64,000 bases of DNA, from positions 930,001-994,000 of the forward strand of contig JAWMAR010000351.1 of NCBI GenBank assembly GCA_036785375.1, written 5' to 3'. The position numbers were made by a program, and so were the translations under genes. The notes beneath the pieces are model-generated. The model had not been told where the DNA came from and ran no database searches. It saw nothing but the letters and a program-made list of their open reading frames with translations. This stretch comes from Leucoraja ocellata. Its lineage: Eukaryota. Below are positions 50,761 to 63,946 of this stretch, one piece after another (within the stretch, counting starts at the first letter, position 1; each line of letters begins with the position of its first letter).

Positions 50761-52889
50761 AACAATGTATCCAACACGCTAAATGTTTAGTGCAGAATCT
50801 GATGCAGAAAATACTACAGCCAAATCTGATAAAGAATACAATAAACCAGAGAAATATCGACCAGATGTCTATAGAGACAAATCCTATCACAATGGGAGTA
50901 GTACAAGGTAATACATCTCAGCTGCTGCTACAAGGGTCCCTCAGCATTCTAGGATAATGAATAGTCCCAGCCTGAAAAGTTCATACCCCAGATGCTTCCT
51001 CGTCTGCAGAGTTCCTCCAGCACTTTGTGTTTTGCTCAAGATTCCAGCATCTGCAGTTTCTTGCCTTTCCAGTCTAGGACAATTAACCAATCTATCAACA
51101 CACTACACTCACTCCTATTTTATTTTTTTCCTGTCAATTAATGGTACTCAGGATAAGAACATTTCCCCTTTAAATAAGGCAGATTTTTCTACCACATGCA
51201 ATTCTGTCCCAAACCTAATCACGCAATCCTATGCATTGTGCACACTGCACCAAATATCTGCAGAGCCCACAATACCACCGTTCCACCAGGAAAGGCTCTG
51301 GAAAATGCAGTTAAAAATTGGCAGCTGTTCAAATTACTCAGCATTTTTTTTTGTCGCCAGTATTGGCAAAGCTATTATTCTCAAAAAGATCTAATTCTTT
51401 TTGTCTAATACTACAAAAAGATCCATTATTTGGAAACAAATAAAAGTTGTACTTTTTTCTACTCCAAAGTCAGATTTCCTATTTAGCACTTGTTTACATG
51501 TGCTATCAAGCATGCACATTGTTGTAAACATTTTTATTCTCCCAAATGACATACTTTTCAGTCACTTCCCTCATATTTCTCTTCCATATTAGTTTTAGGG
51601 TATTAAACAACCATGTGCAAATCAACATCTGCAGTGATTCTGTACCTTCATTCAAAATATATATTTTTAAATTCAAATGGGCTCAGAATAATCAAACAGA
51701 GTCAAGGACTTTCCCCCACTAAATGTCCCCTCCTGCCGAGGACTTACGCAGTGAATGCTTGGGGCAAAGAACTGTTCACCTCTCTGTCAATTTCAATGTT
51801 AAATTTACTTCTCCCCCCACCCCCCCTCAATGTAATATCTCATCCCATGCCATGTTGTCACCTTCTCCGTCCCCCTTAACTTCATCCTCCCCGACACCAA
51901 GTGGGCAGTCCTCACAGAAGACTCATGTTTGTACCCATGCACCCCGAGTTTGGGGTCTAACAAGATGTTGTGTTCTGCTGTCACTGTCTTTGTGACTATT
52001 CATTCATTTTTTAAAAAAAGTGCCAGTTTTCATTGGTGGGTCAGCAATAGAAGCAGCAGCTTCAAATTCCTGGACATTAACATCTCTAGATGAACTGTTC
52101 AGGGACCAGCACAAAAATCAGACTAACTGTGTATGTTAATAAAGTCAACTTGATTATTTCTTCAGCACCCCTTACCAACAATCTGTTTCTATGTCCCCAG
52201 CTCTCCCCTTCCACTTGGACAACCCTCACATGGCCTCTTACCCTCTTGACTTTTAATTTCAAATTACCAATGTAACAATGACCACCGCAACTTCTCCACA
52301 CCTTCACACTTTCCAACCTCACACCATCTGAATGCCACCTCCCCCAGCTCATTCCACAAACTGAATAACCCCACCACTACCAGTCTCCATCTCGCCTCTC
52401 CCTCTCACTTTGATACATTGACTACCTTACCTCTAATTTGAGTTCTGATGCAGTCTCAACATGAAACTGACATCCATTTACTCCACAGATGGTACTTTAT
52501 CCCCCAAGCTCTTCAAAAGGTTCAGAAGTGTTCATCATATGAACTGAACAACAGAATTCTTACTTATTGCAGCTTTATAGGAGCATTGGTTAACAAAATA
52601 GAAATACAATAAATCAGTTATTCTAAATACAATAAACTGACCAAGATAGTGCAAAGGCCAAATAAACACATTTTGAAATAAATTGAAATAAATTAGATCA
52701 GAAACCTCTAGATGCAATTAAGACACTTGCAATAGATTTACATAATTCACAGCAAAGGTCTTTAAATGGTAATCAGCTAGAAACCCAGCTGATACTTCTC
52801 AATCTCAGCCAAGAAAGGAGTGGGATTAAGTTATTGCACTCCTCTTATAGCATAAGGGATAATCCTCCTTGACCAACCAGCAGACTGAC

Positions 52890-54010
52890 ACAGTTGATCA
52901 TATTATCCTCTGACAATCTTATCTCAATCACTGAGGACAACATCATAAGATCCTTCATAAGTTTGAACCCTCAGAAACCTGGTGGCGTTCTCAATACCTG
53001 CACCAACCAACTGTCTAGAGTGTTTATGGGCATCTCATTACAGACATCTGCAGTTCTCAATAATACTGGTGCTCAAAAGAGTAAGATAGCATGCCTTGAT
53101 AACTAGACATGTAGTACATCTGTGGCGATGAACTTCTTTGACAGGTTGATTATGGCGCATATCAACTCCTACCTTAGCAAGAACCTGGACCCACTACAAT
53201 TTGCCACAACCACAATAGATCAATAAGAGATGCAATCTTGCTAGCTTTCCATTCTGCACTGACTACTTGGACAATAAGAAAACATACATCAAGCTGCTGT
53301 TCATAGACTACAGCTCGGCATTCAACACCATCATCCGTTCAAAACTTACTAAACTCACACTGGGTCTCTGTGCATCCTTTGCAACTGGATCGTGATGTCC
53401 TCATCACAGACCAGATAGCTACAAATTGATAACACTTCCTCCTCGATAACCATCAGCACAGACACAGTATAGTTCCTTCTATACTCACTCTATACCCATG
53501 ACTGTGTAGCCAGGCACAGCTCCTACCCACCATTAAATGACAATGACACCAATGACAATCACGCCATAATTGTTGGATGAATTACTGCCAATTCCTCTTC
53601 ATCAGGAAGATATTGGAGTTTGAAAATTGTGATCTTCAGGTTCAGGTACAGCATCTTCCCAAAAATCTGACTCTTGAGCACTACAAGCACCAAATAAATT
53701 ATTAATAACAATGGTCCTGGTTGAACTAGGGACTCCGGGCTTTTGTTTTGCGTTAACAATGCGTTTTAATTTGTCGATTTTATTTTTATTATTGTGTTAT
53801 TCATGTACTGTGTTTACAAATCTGTCAAGAGTCAAGTCAAGAGTCAAAAGAGTTTTATTGTCATGTGACCCAGATAGGACAATGAAATTCTTGCTTGCTG
53901 CAGCACAACAGAATATGTAAACAGAATACACTGTGCAAGTAAGAAAATAAGTCAGAAATAATTCAATTGTTTTGTTTTCGGCTCAATTGACAATTAAACA
54001 CTTTTGATTC
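52890..54010 (+). mobile_element. Decayed Rex1/Babar-like LINE with antisense tail copy nested at ~53826-53930
   Basis: KLLFIDYSSAFNTIIP at 53291-53338, ctggacccactacaatttgcc (LDPLQFA), tgcaactggatc (CNWI); (tcttgac)n-type tail. Confidence 0.78.
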
Positions 54011-54729
54011 ATCCTTCAACTTCCTTCTTAATGCTTGCCTATGTGCTACTCCTCAGCATCATCATTCTAAAGCACAACAGTTTCCACTATATCATAATAA
54101 TACCCACGTTTATCAAATCACCACCATCTCTCTTGGCCTGGTATTTATAAATTGTCAGCCTGTCTGTCATTTAGGAATGGTTCAGTGAAAAAAAATAAAG
54201 TACTTGTCACAAAGACCGTTTCCCCAGACACGGAATCTGTCACATCGCATCTTTCGGAACATTGATTCACTGCTCACAAGCAAGGTATGTTTTCTGACAA
54301 AGATAAGTTTTGAACATTGTTTCTGTGGCAGATTTAGACTGTTCCAACCCATTATCACCATCCAACTCGCCCATCTTCTGCTGAATCCCTCACCTCAAAA
54401 CACGAACATTTAATTGTTCTCCTGCCTTCCCTGTAACTTTCTATCACAGTAAAGCATGCTGCATGTGATATACACAGCATCATCCCAATTATCAGTTCTC
54501 CATGATATTGTAATTCAGAAAAGCATTAACTTCAAAATTCTAATCCTCGCTTTCATGTCTTGCCCCTTTCTATCTGTACGGCCTCTTTCAGTCCCTCTGC
54601 ATACTTTGAGTTTTGGCTTACTCAGTAAAATTATTTAAAAACAAAATCACTCCACCATTTAGATCCAAGTTCCTAAAAGCTTGGAGATCTTCTCCTTTAT
54701 CTCTAAAGCAGTGATTGCAGATGATATTT

Positions 54730-54890
54730 ATCTTTAAAGCTGAGACAGATAGGTTTCTTGATTAGTAAGGGCATCAAAGATTACAGTGAGTAGGCAGGAG
54801 AATAGGGTTGAGAAGGAAAAATACTTCAGCCATGATTGAATGGCAGAGCAGATTCAATGGGCCAAATCTGCTCCTATGTCGTATGATCTC
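54730..54890 (+). mobile_element. CR1 LINE 3' tail
   Basis: tttaaagctgagacagatagg..cagccatgattgaatggcagagcaga..ctgctcctatgtc. Confidence 0.75.
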
Positions 54891-55397
54891 TCTACCCCTC
54901 CTGAAGACTCATTAAAATCCAACTTAAGTTTTAAAAGTTTGGTATTGCACCACTACCTTCACATGATACAATATCAATTTTCTGTTTGATAATGTCAGTG
55001 TTGTTTTGGAATATATTTGCTCTGTTAAAATCATTACATAAAGTGGATACTGCATCTTGCATACAAAAGGACAAAACCCATTAATTCATAAATGCTAAAT
55101 TCCAAAAATGCTCTAAACTATTGCATTTAGGAATACATTTAACGCAAGCACTCTTCGCAAAATGCAAATAGATTTGACAATGCAATACAAAGTCTTCTGA
55201 CCAAAATCAAGTAGGATAGCCCATGTTCATTCAACAATCGTTTATGAATTGACCTCTAATTTTCATTCTCCTTGCACAGAAGAAATACAGAAACGGTATC
55301 ACATGGTTATTTTTCCATTTTTAAAATAAAAGCTAGTTAATCTCAGTTTCGTGACAACATTTTTTTTTAAACTCTAGGAGAGGTAGAGATCTTTAAA

Positions 55398-55476
55398 GAA
55401 TGAAGAAGGGTCTCAATCCTTCCCTCTAGAGATGCTGCCTGTCCCAATGAGTTACTCCAGCATTTTGTGTCTACCC
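55398..55476 (+). mobile_element. Penelope-like short repeat fragment with 14-bp target-site duplication
   Basis: tagagatctttaaa at 55384-97 and 55477-90 flanks tgaagaagggtctc..gatgctgcctgtccc..gagttactccagcattttgtgtcta. Confidence 0.8.
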
Positions 55477-55886
55477 TAGAGATCTTTAAAATTATAAATA
55501 GCTATTTAAAGGAGAAAACAAATTTTCATTTGTAGGGAAGTTATCCAAAACGGGGGTTCATAAATACAAGAGAACCACCAATAAATTCAATGAAGAAAGA
55601 ACATTTTGCTGATGGGGCAGGGTAGGAAGAGCCTATTATATCCACTCATGCAGATTTGGACTAGATGGGCCAAATAGCCATCCGAGGCGTTGAAAATTCT
55701 ATGCAAATAGAAATTTCTGCACAAGGCTATTCTACTCAGTGAGCATAATGATGAAATAAATAGAATTATCGGTTGATAAGAGAAAAATGAAAATACAACA
55801 GGGGGCAGCTTAAGTGGACCACAAAGTCACAAAGCAGATGGATGCAATGGTCTTTATAATTTTCTAGAAATGCCTTAAATACTTAA

Positions 55887-55892
55887 TTTATT
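55887..55892 (-). terminator. Candidate GLE1 polyadenylation signal AATAAA
   Basis: First canonical AATAAA I noticed on minus downstream of the GLE1 stop (~900 nt); ATTAAA variants lie nearer (~56686-56701). Confidence 0.35.
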
Positions 55893-56789
55893 TATATGCA
55901 TGATTGTCCCAAACTATTCCCAGGGAAGTGGCAAAATACACCTTATAAAGTGTAGAAAATATAGTAATGGGATAAGCAGAAAAGGGCTGAGTAAAACTTC
56001 CCAACCCCACATCTAACTGGTTCCCCATCAGGCAGATTACCAGAGTCCTCCTCAGTGGAGAGGACAGATATAGTAAAGTCGTTGCTCAATACAATCAATG
56101 ATACTTCAAGGGGAGAATGTGCTTGGTGGAAGATAGTAATTTGGAAGTATAGCAGGCTACTCAACTATTCAAGGTACACAGTTAACAGAAACCAAGTAGT
56201 TAGCAAAACAATATTTAAAAAGAACATGATGCCTTCTAAAGGAAATAATTCACCAAATCCTAGGCAAGTTACTTCACCATTCACATCAATCATTAGATTG
56301 AGTGTCCAATGCATAAGATACCACAAATATTTTTACAAAGTTAGTATACAGCATATTATCAAGGCTTCCCACAACCTATTAATACTCTCAAGAAACATCA
56401 ACTGTACCGATCCGTAAATACTTGATGCAACCTGTGACGACAGTGGATGCTGATTACTTCATACAATAATAGTCACATGATCATTTCATGTTACACAATA
56501 AACCCCAAATCACAAACAATCAATTAAAATATACAGCTTCTCAAACACTGTTTGCCCTCTTGTCAATTACTATAGCTTAGAGGACTACAAAATGTTGAAC
56601 ATCAAGAGCAACACAAAGCTTTAAGTCACAGTAGAACTGACAAATTAAGTATAAACATTCAATTAATATCGACAATCCCACTTAATTTAATTATTTTTAA
56701 TATTAATATATAACAGTAAAATTTAAAAAATGATTTAGTCGAGAGCAAGTAAAATTTCCTTGGCTTGTTGATCCAGTCGTTTGAATTGT

Positions 56790-56858
56790 TCACGACTTCC
56801 AGAATGCAGGTTTTAGGTAGCCCTTCGGTAAAGGAAAATCTTTTTGTTTCAAGCTTTT
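56790..56858 (-). CDS. GLE1: GLE1 terminal coding exon
   Basis: KSLKQKDFPLPKGYLKPAFWKS* (human [22 protein letters not shown]); cag acceptor, TGA at 56792-56790. Confidence 0.93.
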   Translation of the reverse strand, partial: KSLKQKDFPLPKGYLKPAFWKS

Positions 56859-56889
56859 CTGTAACGCAGACAGACAGGAGAAATCAAAA

Positions 56890-57880
56890 ATTTAGAGTCA
56901 TAGCATTGTCCAGCACAGAAACAAGCCTTTTGGCATGCCACGTCCATGCCAGCCATTTTGCCTGTTTACACAGATTCAATTTACCCATACTCAGTCCATA
57001 TTTTTCTATGCCTTGCCTATGTCCGTGCAAGTGCCTATTTAAATGTCTCGTCATCGTATCGGATTCCATAATTTTTCTGGCAGCAATTTTACAAAATAGC
57101 CATTTGGTTAAAAAAAATCCTTCCTATCTCCTTAACTTATTACCGCACCATGGGGAAAAAAAGATTCAGACGATCTACCCACTCTTGGCCCCTTATATTT
57201 TCAAATACCTCTAAGATCACCAAAACTAACCCAGCTTGTCCAATTTCTCCCCAAATCTAAAGTCCTCCAATCAATGCAACACCCCAGTTACCCCCCTCTA
57301 CATTAACTTCAGTGCAAACATATCCTCCTGTGGTCAGAAAACTAGAAGGGCACACAATACTCCAATACACTGTGTAGGAATGAACTGCAGATGCTGGTTT
57401 AAAACAAAGATACACACAAAATGCTGGAGTAACTCAGCGGGACAGGCAGCATCTCTGGAGAAGGAATGGTTGATGTTTCAGGTAGAGAGCCTTCTTCAGA
57501 CTGATCGTCATTCCTACTCTCCAGAGATGCTGCCTCTCCCGCTGAGTTACTCCAGCATTTTGTGTCTAACTCCAAATACACTAACCAGTGGTTTTACAGA
57601 TGCCCCATAACATCCCAATTTTTATGCCCTGGCCTATGATGGCAGACATGCTAGGAGCCTTCTTCATCATTCTATCTACTTGTGTGCCATTTTTAGGAAA
57701 CTATGAACTTGAAAGCCGAGATCCTTCTGTTCATCAAAATTCCTTAGTGTCCCGCAAGGCATCACCATACACTCATCTGGATTAAATTCCAGTTATCAAT
57801 GCTCCGCCCAACCTTCCATTGGATCTGTATCCTGCTTTACCTTTATATAATCTTCCTTGCTATTGATAAATCTACTAATT
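56890..57880 (-). mobile_element. Decayed CR1 LINE in last GLE1 intron, interrupted at 57372-57568
   Basis: CR1 tail at ~56890-57050 (RHLNRHLH..GIEKYG) and decayed RT C-terminal sequence on both sides of the nested insert. Confidence 0.7.
57372..57568. mobile_element. Inverted pair of Penelope-like repeats with hammerhead motif
   Basis: 47-bp arms 57414-60 and 57519-65 (1 mismatch); minus-strand ctgaaga-agg..cct-gaaa-catc; flanked by actcca(a)atacact. Confidence 0.85.
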
Positions 57881-58909
57881 TCAAGGAAGGCATTGCTGGT
57901 GAAACTCTGCAGGTTGAGCAGCACTTGTAGGAAACATATTTCGCAGGCAAATCTGGTCTAAAAGATCAGATATGTTGTACTGAAGCCCATTCCAATTTTA
58001 TTGTTAGAATCTTGTTTATATATTTCAAACTATTTTAAAGTTTCAAGATATTTTAGACTGGACAGCTGATCATAACATTTAAATAACTAGCCGCTGAAAG
58101 ATGGCCAAATTTCTTGAATCACTTTTACCACGAATATTATTTTAAATTACGCTAATGAAACAAGTAAAGGCACTTTGAATTCTGAAATGTGCAATTTGAA
58201 AACAATGTTATTTAACATGCGGAATTCTCCTACAATGTGTAGAATACACAGGCTTTATTAATGATTGATTGAAAGATTATAGCATGAAAACAGTCCCTTC
58301 GACCTATCAAGTTCACACTAACCATTGATCATGCTAGTTCTATGCTCTCCCACTTTCTCAACCATATCTTACACACTAGGAGCAATTTACAGAGGTCATT
58401 AACCTAGTGTCCAGTGGATAGACCTAACAGAAATGATCTTCGATTAACATTAATGGCAGCAAAATTACTTTTTCCAGGTATTCTCTATTGGGATTATTTA
58501 TGTGAATTGGCTTGGATTATCAAAGTCATGCAAGGTGCTAAATAAATCAAAGCTTTCTGGTGCTTTCAATCTGTATTTGTAATACAGAAACTTGGCTTGA
58601 AATTGAGAAATATTCCTCTTCTGTGCATTTAGTTGCCAAGCCTTCAAATTCTGAAATTAACCCCTACTAAATCTCTCGGCCTTAAATTTCAGTTGATAAT
58701 GTTCCTGCAAAGCACTTAGGGACACATTATTGCATGAAATTAAATATAAATGTTGCTATCTCTAGGTCCTTTTGCTGACATGTGTATTTAATGATCACTG
58801 TATGGAGAGAGGATTTTATTTTACTCTTTACACATCAATTTGAAAAAGTCCAAAAATCATAGCAGAGCTTGAATTGAGAAAATATATCATACAAAAAAGG
58901 AGCACTTAC

Positions 58910-58973
58910 CTCGAGGAATTGGCGCAATCGGATTACGGCCCCAACTTGACCATTGCCTGTAACAGCTTCAATC
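58910..58973 (-). CDS. GLE1: GLE1 penultimate exon (64 nt)
   Basis: IEAVTGNGQVGAVIRLRQFLE (human [21 protein letters not shown]); cag/gtaagt. Confidence 0.93.
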
Positions 58974-59551
58974 CTGAAGAAAAATATCAGAAGTAATTTA
59001 TTTATATTTTTTAATACATACATATTCATAGATTGTTTGTAATATCACTTCATCTCAAAGTGCTTCCCGATGTGTAGTAAGATTATCAAAATCTTAATTT
59101 TACTAAAAATGTAGCTATTGATTTACACATGTCAATAACCTACAAACAAGTATTATTGTAAAAGCTTTATCTAATTTTAGTGACTTTAGTTCATGGATGA
59201 ATATGGTCAGACTCAGTAAATAACCTCAGGTCAATGGAAAGACTGAACCTCAGACAAAGTAGGCGCAAGGAGACAAATTACCCATTCCTGCACCTTTTTC
59301 TGAAGCTGTTTTCAACTAATATTATTAGATTATAGTTACTCTTTCTTTATTATAAGACAAAACTGTTTAAAAAATGCAGAAACACATTTTGGGGTGCCTT
59401 TAAATCACGAAAATTAGTAAAGTAATACGTTATTTTTGTTTGCAAAATAACATCAAACTTAATAACAGTAACATAACAGCCCAATATTCTTGGATTATCT
59501 TTGTGTATTCCATGAGGGGATAAATATTCGCAAGCATAATTAGTTTCCTAC

Positions 59552-59634
59552 CTGGGGAAATATTCAGTCATGATTAGTCGGATCATTTTCCAGAACTGAT
59601 TCTGGTACTTTAACATCAAAGCATGGCCACAGAC
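59552..59634 (-). CDS. GLE1: GLE1 exon (83 nt)
   Basis: [28 protein letters not shown]. Confidence 0.93.
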
Positions 59635-61169
59635 CTGTTGGGGAAACAAGTAGCAATATTAAACTCCATAATATTAATGGGAATAATATACATCTACCAT
59701 GTCATACTCCAGTGCAGGCTATAACTTAATGTATTCCACCGGAGCCTCCTCTTTGAAAAACCCATCCAATGAATCCCCCTCCCCAGTAAATTCCTCTTTT
59801 TTTTTTTAAGTTACTATTGCATCTCCTACAAACAAATACGAATAGTAATTCTGGAAACATTCAACAATCTGTGCAAAGAGAAACTGAGTTTACAATTAAG
59901 ATCAAGGAGCTACCATCAGATCTGGGAAGAGCTTGAAATGCTTTTTATTGGACAGAAAGACATGAGGAAAGAATGAAAGGAAAAATATGTGATAGGGTAT
60001 AAGGCAGGAGAGACAGAGTGACATAAACAGTGATATTCTCAAGAGTAGGTGAAAATACAAAACTTCTGATATTACCAAAGGATTCTGTAAAGAAAGCTGG
60101 ATAAAGGTACTGATAATAATACTGATAAAAATAACTTGTTGATTCAATGTTGAATGTTTAAGGATGCAGTCAGAAGATAATATGTTGTTTCTTGACCTTG
60201 TATTGAGCTTTATTAGCACAATGTCAGAGGGCAAGGACAGAAGTCAAAGAGGAGTGAGATAGACAATTAAAGCAACAGGAAGCTTGGAGTCGTGCTTCAT
60301 GCTTGAAGTGGTCATCCAATTTGCATCTGTTCTCTCTAATAGAGGCAAAGAACACTGGAAAAGTAGCAGTGGACTAAATTATAAAACCAAATAAAAATAC
60401 TACTGATGCTGGAAATTTGGAACGAACACACTAGGATGGAAATACTCAGCAGATCAGGCCGTGTCTGAGGAGACAGAAACAGGGTTAACCATTCATCAGT
60501 TTTTAAATTGTTAAAGCTGTTTCGCTGCTTATTCACCCACAATGTCAGGTGGAAATAATTTCTTTAGTCAAACCATCAAATATTTTTGAACACCTATGCA
60601 AATTCTCAATCTTTCCCACTCCTAGGAGAATGATACAATTTTTCTAACATCAACATAACTGTTGCGATGTCGCTGTCCAAATATCTGAAGCCTTACACCA
60701 TGATAAAGGTCCAAAGACTTTATCAACGTTACAGCATCAGTAACTTCATGCTAGCATATTTCTCTAATAATATGGGAACTAGGCAGGGAGGGTTACTGTA
60801 AAGCTAGTGGGCGTAACTACAGAGTATGACGCATAACATGAGTGACATTGATCTACAATAATCAAACGTCCTAATTTATAGTACGATTCTACTGCATTCC
60901 CTCTGCACTATCTCTTGGCTTTGGCTTACTTATTTCAATGTGGCGTTTCAAAGTTGTCACAAGGCTAGTTGAGGTTAAGCTTTGCATATATGATATGGCA
61001 ATCATTGAAAACAAAGTCCATTTATCAAAAAAAATTCTCCCAACCATTTCATTATTCCACAAACTACCAATAATGATAAGGGTGTCTGAAATGTTGAAGC
61101 AGTTTTAAGTGGAATCCAAAGTCTAATTACTGTCTGTTACTTACAATAGAAAAATAGTATGCTGCATAC

Positions 61170-61274
61170 CTCCAAGAAGTCAAAGAGTAGTGTAGCAGTC
61201 ACGTCAGCCAATGGTTCCATGTTTAACATCTGAGCTAACCAGCGCCAAGCATGATTCAGGTCATGTGGATGTTC
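61170..61274 (-). CDS. GLE1: GLE1 exon (105 nt)
   Basis: [35 protein letters not shown]. Confidence 0.95.
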
Positions 61275-62305
61275 CTAGGCATAGAATCATCCAGTAATTA
61301 CTGTAATGTCAATTTCAATCATTAACACGTCTCAATAACGCGACTATCTTTCTTAGATAGGAAATTTAATAGGGCTGTCATATTAACAGTGCGGTATAGT
61401 AGATATCAAGAGATGGCTTTTCCTTTTGATAATATACAAGTTAAATGCATTTAAGACAGAGCTGGACTGTTACACAAAGGAGAGGAAGGGAAAAATATAT
61501 TGATAGGGATAGAAGAGGTGGGAGGAGGCTTAAGGTCGGCAAACATTGGTTGACGCGCTACCCTTTCCTTGCTATAAATTCTACATTATAATGCAGTTCA
61601 GATTTTACTTGGGTAGTACCTGTGGAACTCCTCTTTAAAAATTTATCAGCTAATTTAAAAATTGAATTTGAGGGAAGGGGTAGTCATTGAAATAAATACA
61701 CAGCTTGCGTAAATAATTGTACTTTGAGAGAAATGTAGGAACACTGTTTTAACACATTTAAGATACATTAATTTTACAAAGAAAATAATCCCATGTTCCA
61801 GATTTCAACACCTGTGCACAGGTATGAAACTCAGGTGCGATAATATCAGATTTCACGCTCAATGCCTGAACTTGCCACCAAGGTAGGGGGTGTTGCATGA
61901 TTTACTGAGCCAAGTAGCTAGCTGCAGTTTCATCAGCTTATCACTACCCATTTCTGGCACATCTAGCATGGATTCATTTATTTGTTTTAATTAAGTTTGA
62001 CAATCCCATTTAAAGATGGTTTAAATTGTAATGATTTACTTTTTCATCCTCAATGTTTCTACACATCTCTGCTAGTCATACATTCAGCAGCAGAAAAAGC
62101 CTGCTTGAAACAGGCCCCACGGCCATGCCAGAAATGCAATTGGGGAAGCACAGTTGAAAATGTCTAGTGCGAGAAGGTGCAAGCTAAGTCCAATGCAATG
62201 TGGTCCCATATTCATTAGGGTTTGATTCCGATTTGGACGTCAGCATTTGAACAAATCATCATTAATTGCGCAACTAATGCAATAGCATTTAGTTATTCTA
62301 CTTAC

Positions 62306-62435
62306 CCCTTGCTTTGTTCCATAGGGCCATCTTGACACTATGATGGCTGCATACAGACGAACCATTCCAGACATCCGTTTCAGAAAGTTGTCCTGCTGCT
62401 CAACACAATTTTCCTGCACTCTGTACCCCAATAAC
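62306..62435 (-). CDS. GLE1: GLE1 exon (130 nt)
   Basis: [43 protein letters not shown]. Confidence 0.95.
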
Positions 62436-63437
62436 CTACCAGCAGGGATTAAAGGATAAAACTTTAATTATACTTCCGGAGGGAAGAGCAATTTGCAGTT
62501 CTACTGTTTCACTTCATCACCACCCCCAGAAAGAATCATGAACTGATTCCTTAAACACAAACTTACAAAGAAAGGAGTTTTAATAGAAACAAAAGTTTAT
62601 TTATCTTCAACATTAACTGTTTCTCTTTACACACTGTACAACCCATTAAGCATTCCCTGCATATTATATTTAATTTCTGATTTCTAGTCTGAAGGGTCCC
62701 AACCCAAACTGTCAGCAGTCCATTTCTCTCTACAGACCTTGCTTAGCTTACCGAGTTCCTCCAGCAGTCTGTTTTTTGCTAAACCATTTGCCAACGCAAG
62801 ATTTGTATCCTTCTATTCCCAGTCTGTTCATATTTGTCTAAATGCTTCTTTCATGTTGCAATCATATCCGCTTCTACCACCTCACTTGCTACCATGTTCC
62901 AAGCACATACTGCTCAGTCTATGGAAACATTTGCCTTCCTTTAATCTTTTGCCTCCTCAAAAACCTATGCCTTGTGGCATTTGACATATCCACTCTGCAA
63001 TAAAGACCATCTACCCTATCATTATCGATCAAAACTTTATATACTCTATTAGGTTCACCCCTCAGTTTTCACACCCCCCCCCCCCCCCCACAAGAAAACA
63101 ATCCAAGTTTGCTCAATCTCCCCATATAGCTAATACACTCTAATCCCAGCAACATACTAGTGAACACACAAAGTTGTCTACAGCGTTTACATGGCAACCC
63201 AACTTTTATCAAATAAATTGCAATACATAAATCAATATCTTTTTCGAAAATGGAAAAAGGCCAACACAGAAATGTGTTTACAAAAGCCACAGCGAGACAG
63301 CTAAAGTAGCTCGTCATTGTAGTTAACGGGTTAGAAGCACTAAAACAACGGCGATGAATAACCACCTGGCAGATAGCAGAAATCAGATCAGTTATGCTTG
63401 CAGTTTTGAGGGTATAATGTTGTTTGGGGGCTTCTAC

Positions 63438-63628
63438 CTTTGGTATTCTTCCTTTGGTAACCCATCTTTCCATGAAGGGAAAAACGGGACTGCATAGGGA
63501 CACTTTCGGTGCAAGTGGGCCAAGAAAATATCGCCAACCTTCGGGTGAGACTCCCAGATCCCTGAAGCAACCACTGCTATTGGAAATGCAGCTTCATGGT
63601 GAGATGCAACCTCCTCCTCCCCTTGTTT
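63438..63628 (-). CDS. GLE1: GLE1 exon (191 nt); gene extends beyond window end
   Basis: [64 protein letters not shown]. Confidence 0.96.
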
Positions 63629-63946
63629 CTGCAAATAATAATGAAATAAAGCAACATTAGAATGGGAGCACACACTGTACTTATGGCTTTCCAATTAAAA
63701 TCAATAACATTTTATACCCGACCCAACACCAAAGAATTTAGGATGGGTTCTTTTGCACCATGTATTTATAACAGATGGCATAGAATCAACTTTTTTTTGT
63801 ATCATCAAATGTAATGTTCAAACGGCTTGGAGAAGAAATTGCAAAAGCACTTTTTTACTTCTATTGAAAAAAAAATGCATGGCCAAGGAGAACAAATAAC
63901 AGACGAGTGGGAGTGAGTTAGCTTTGGCGCAACAGGTTCAATGGTC

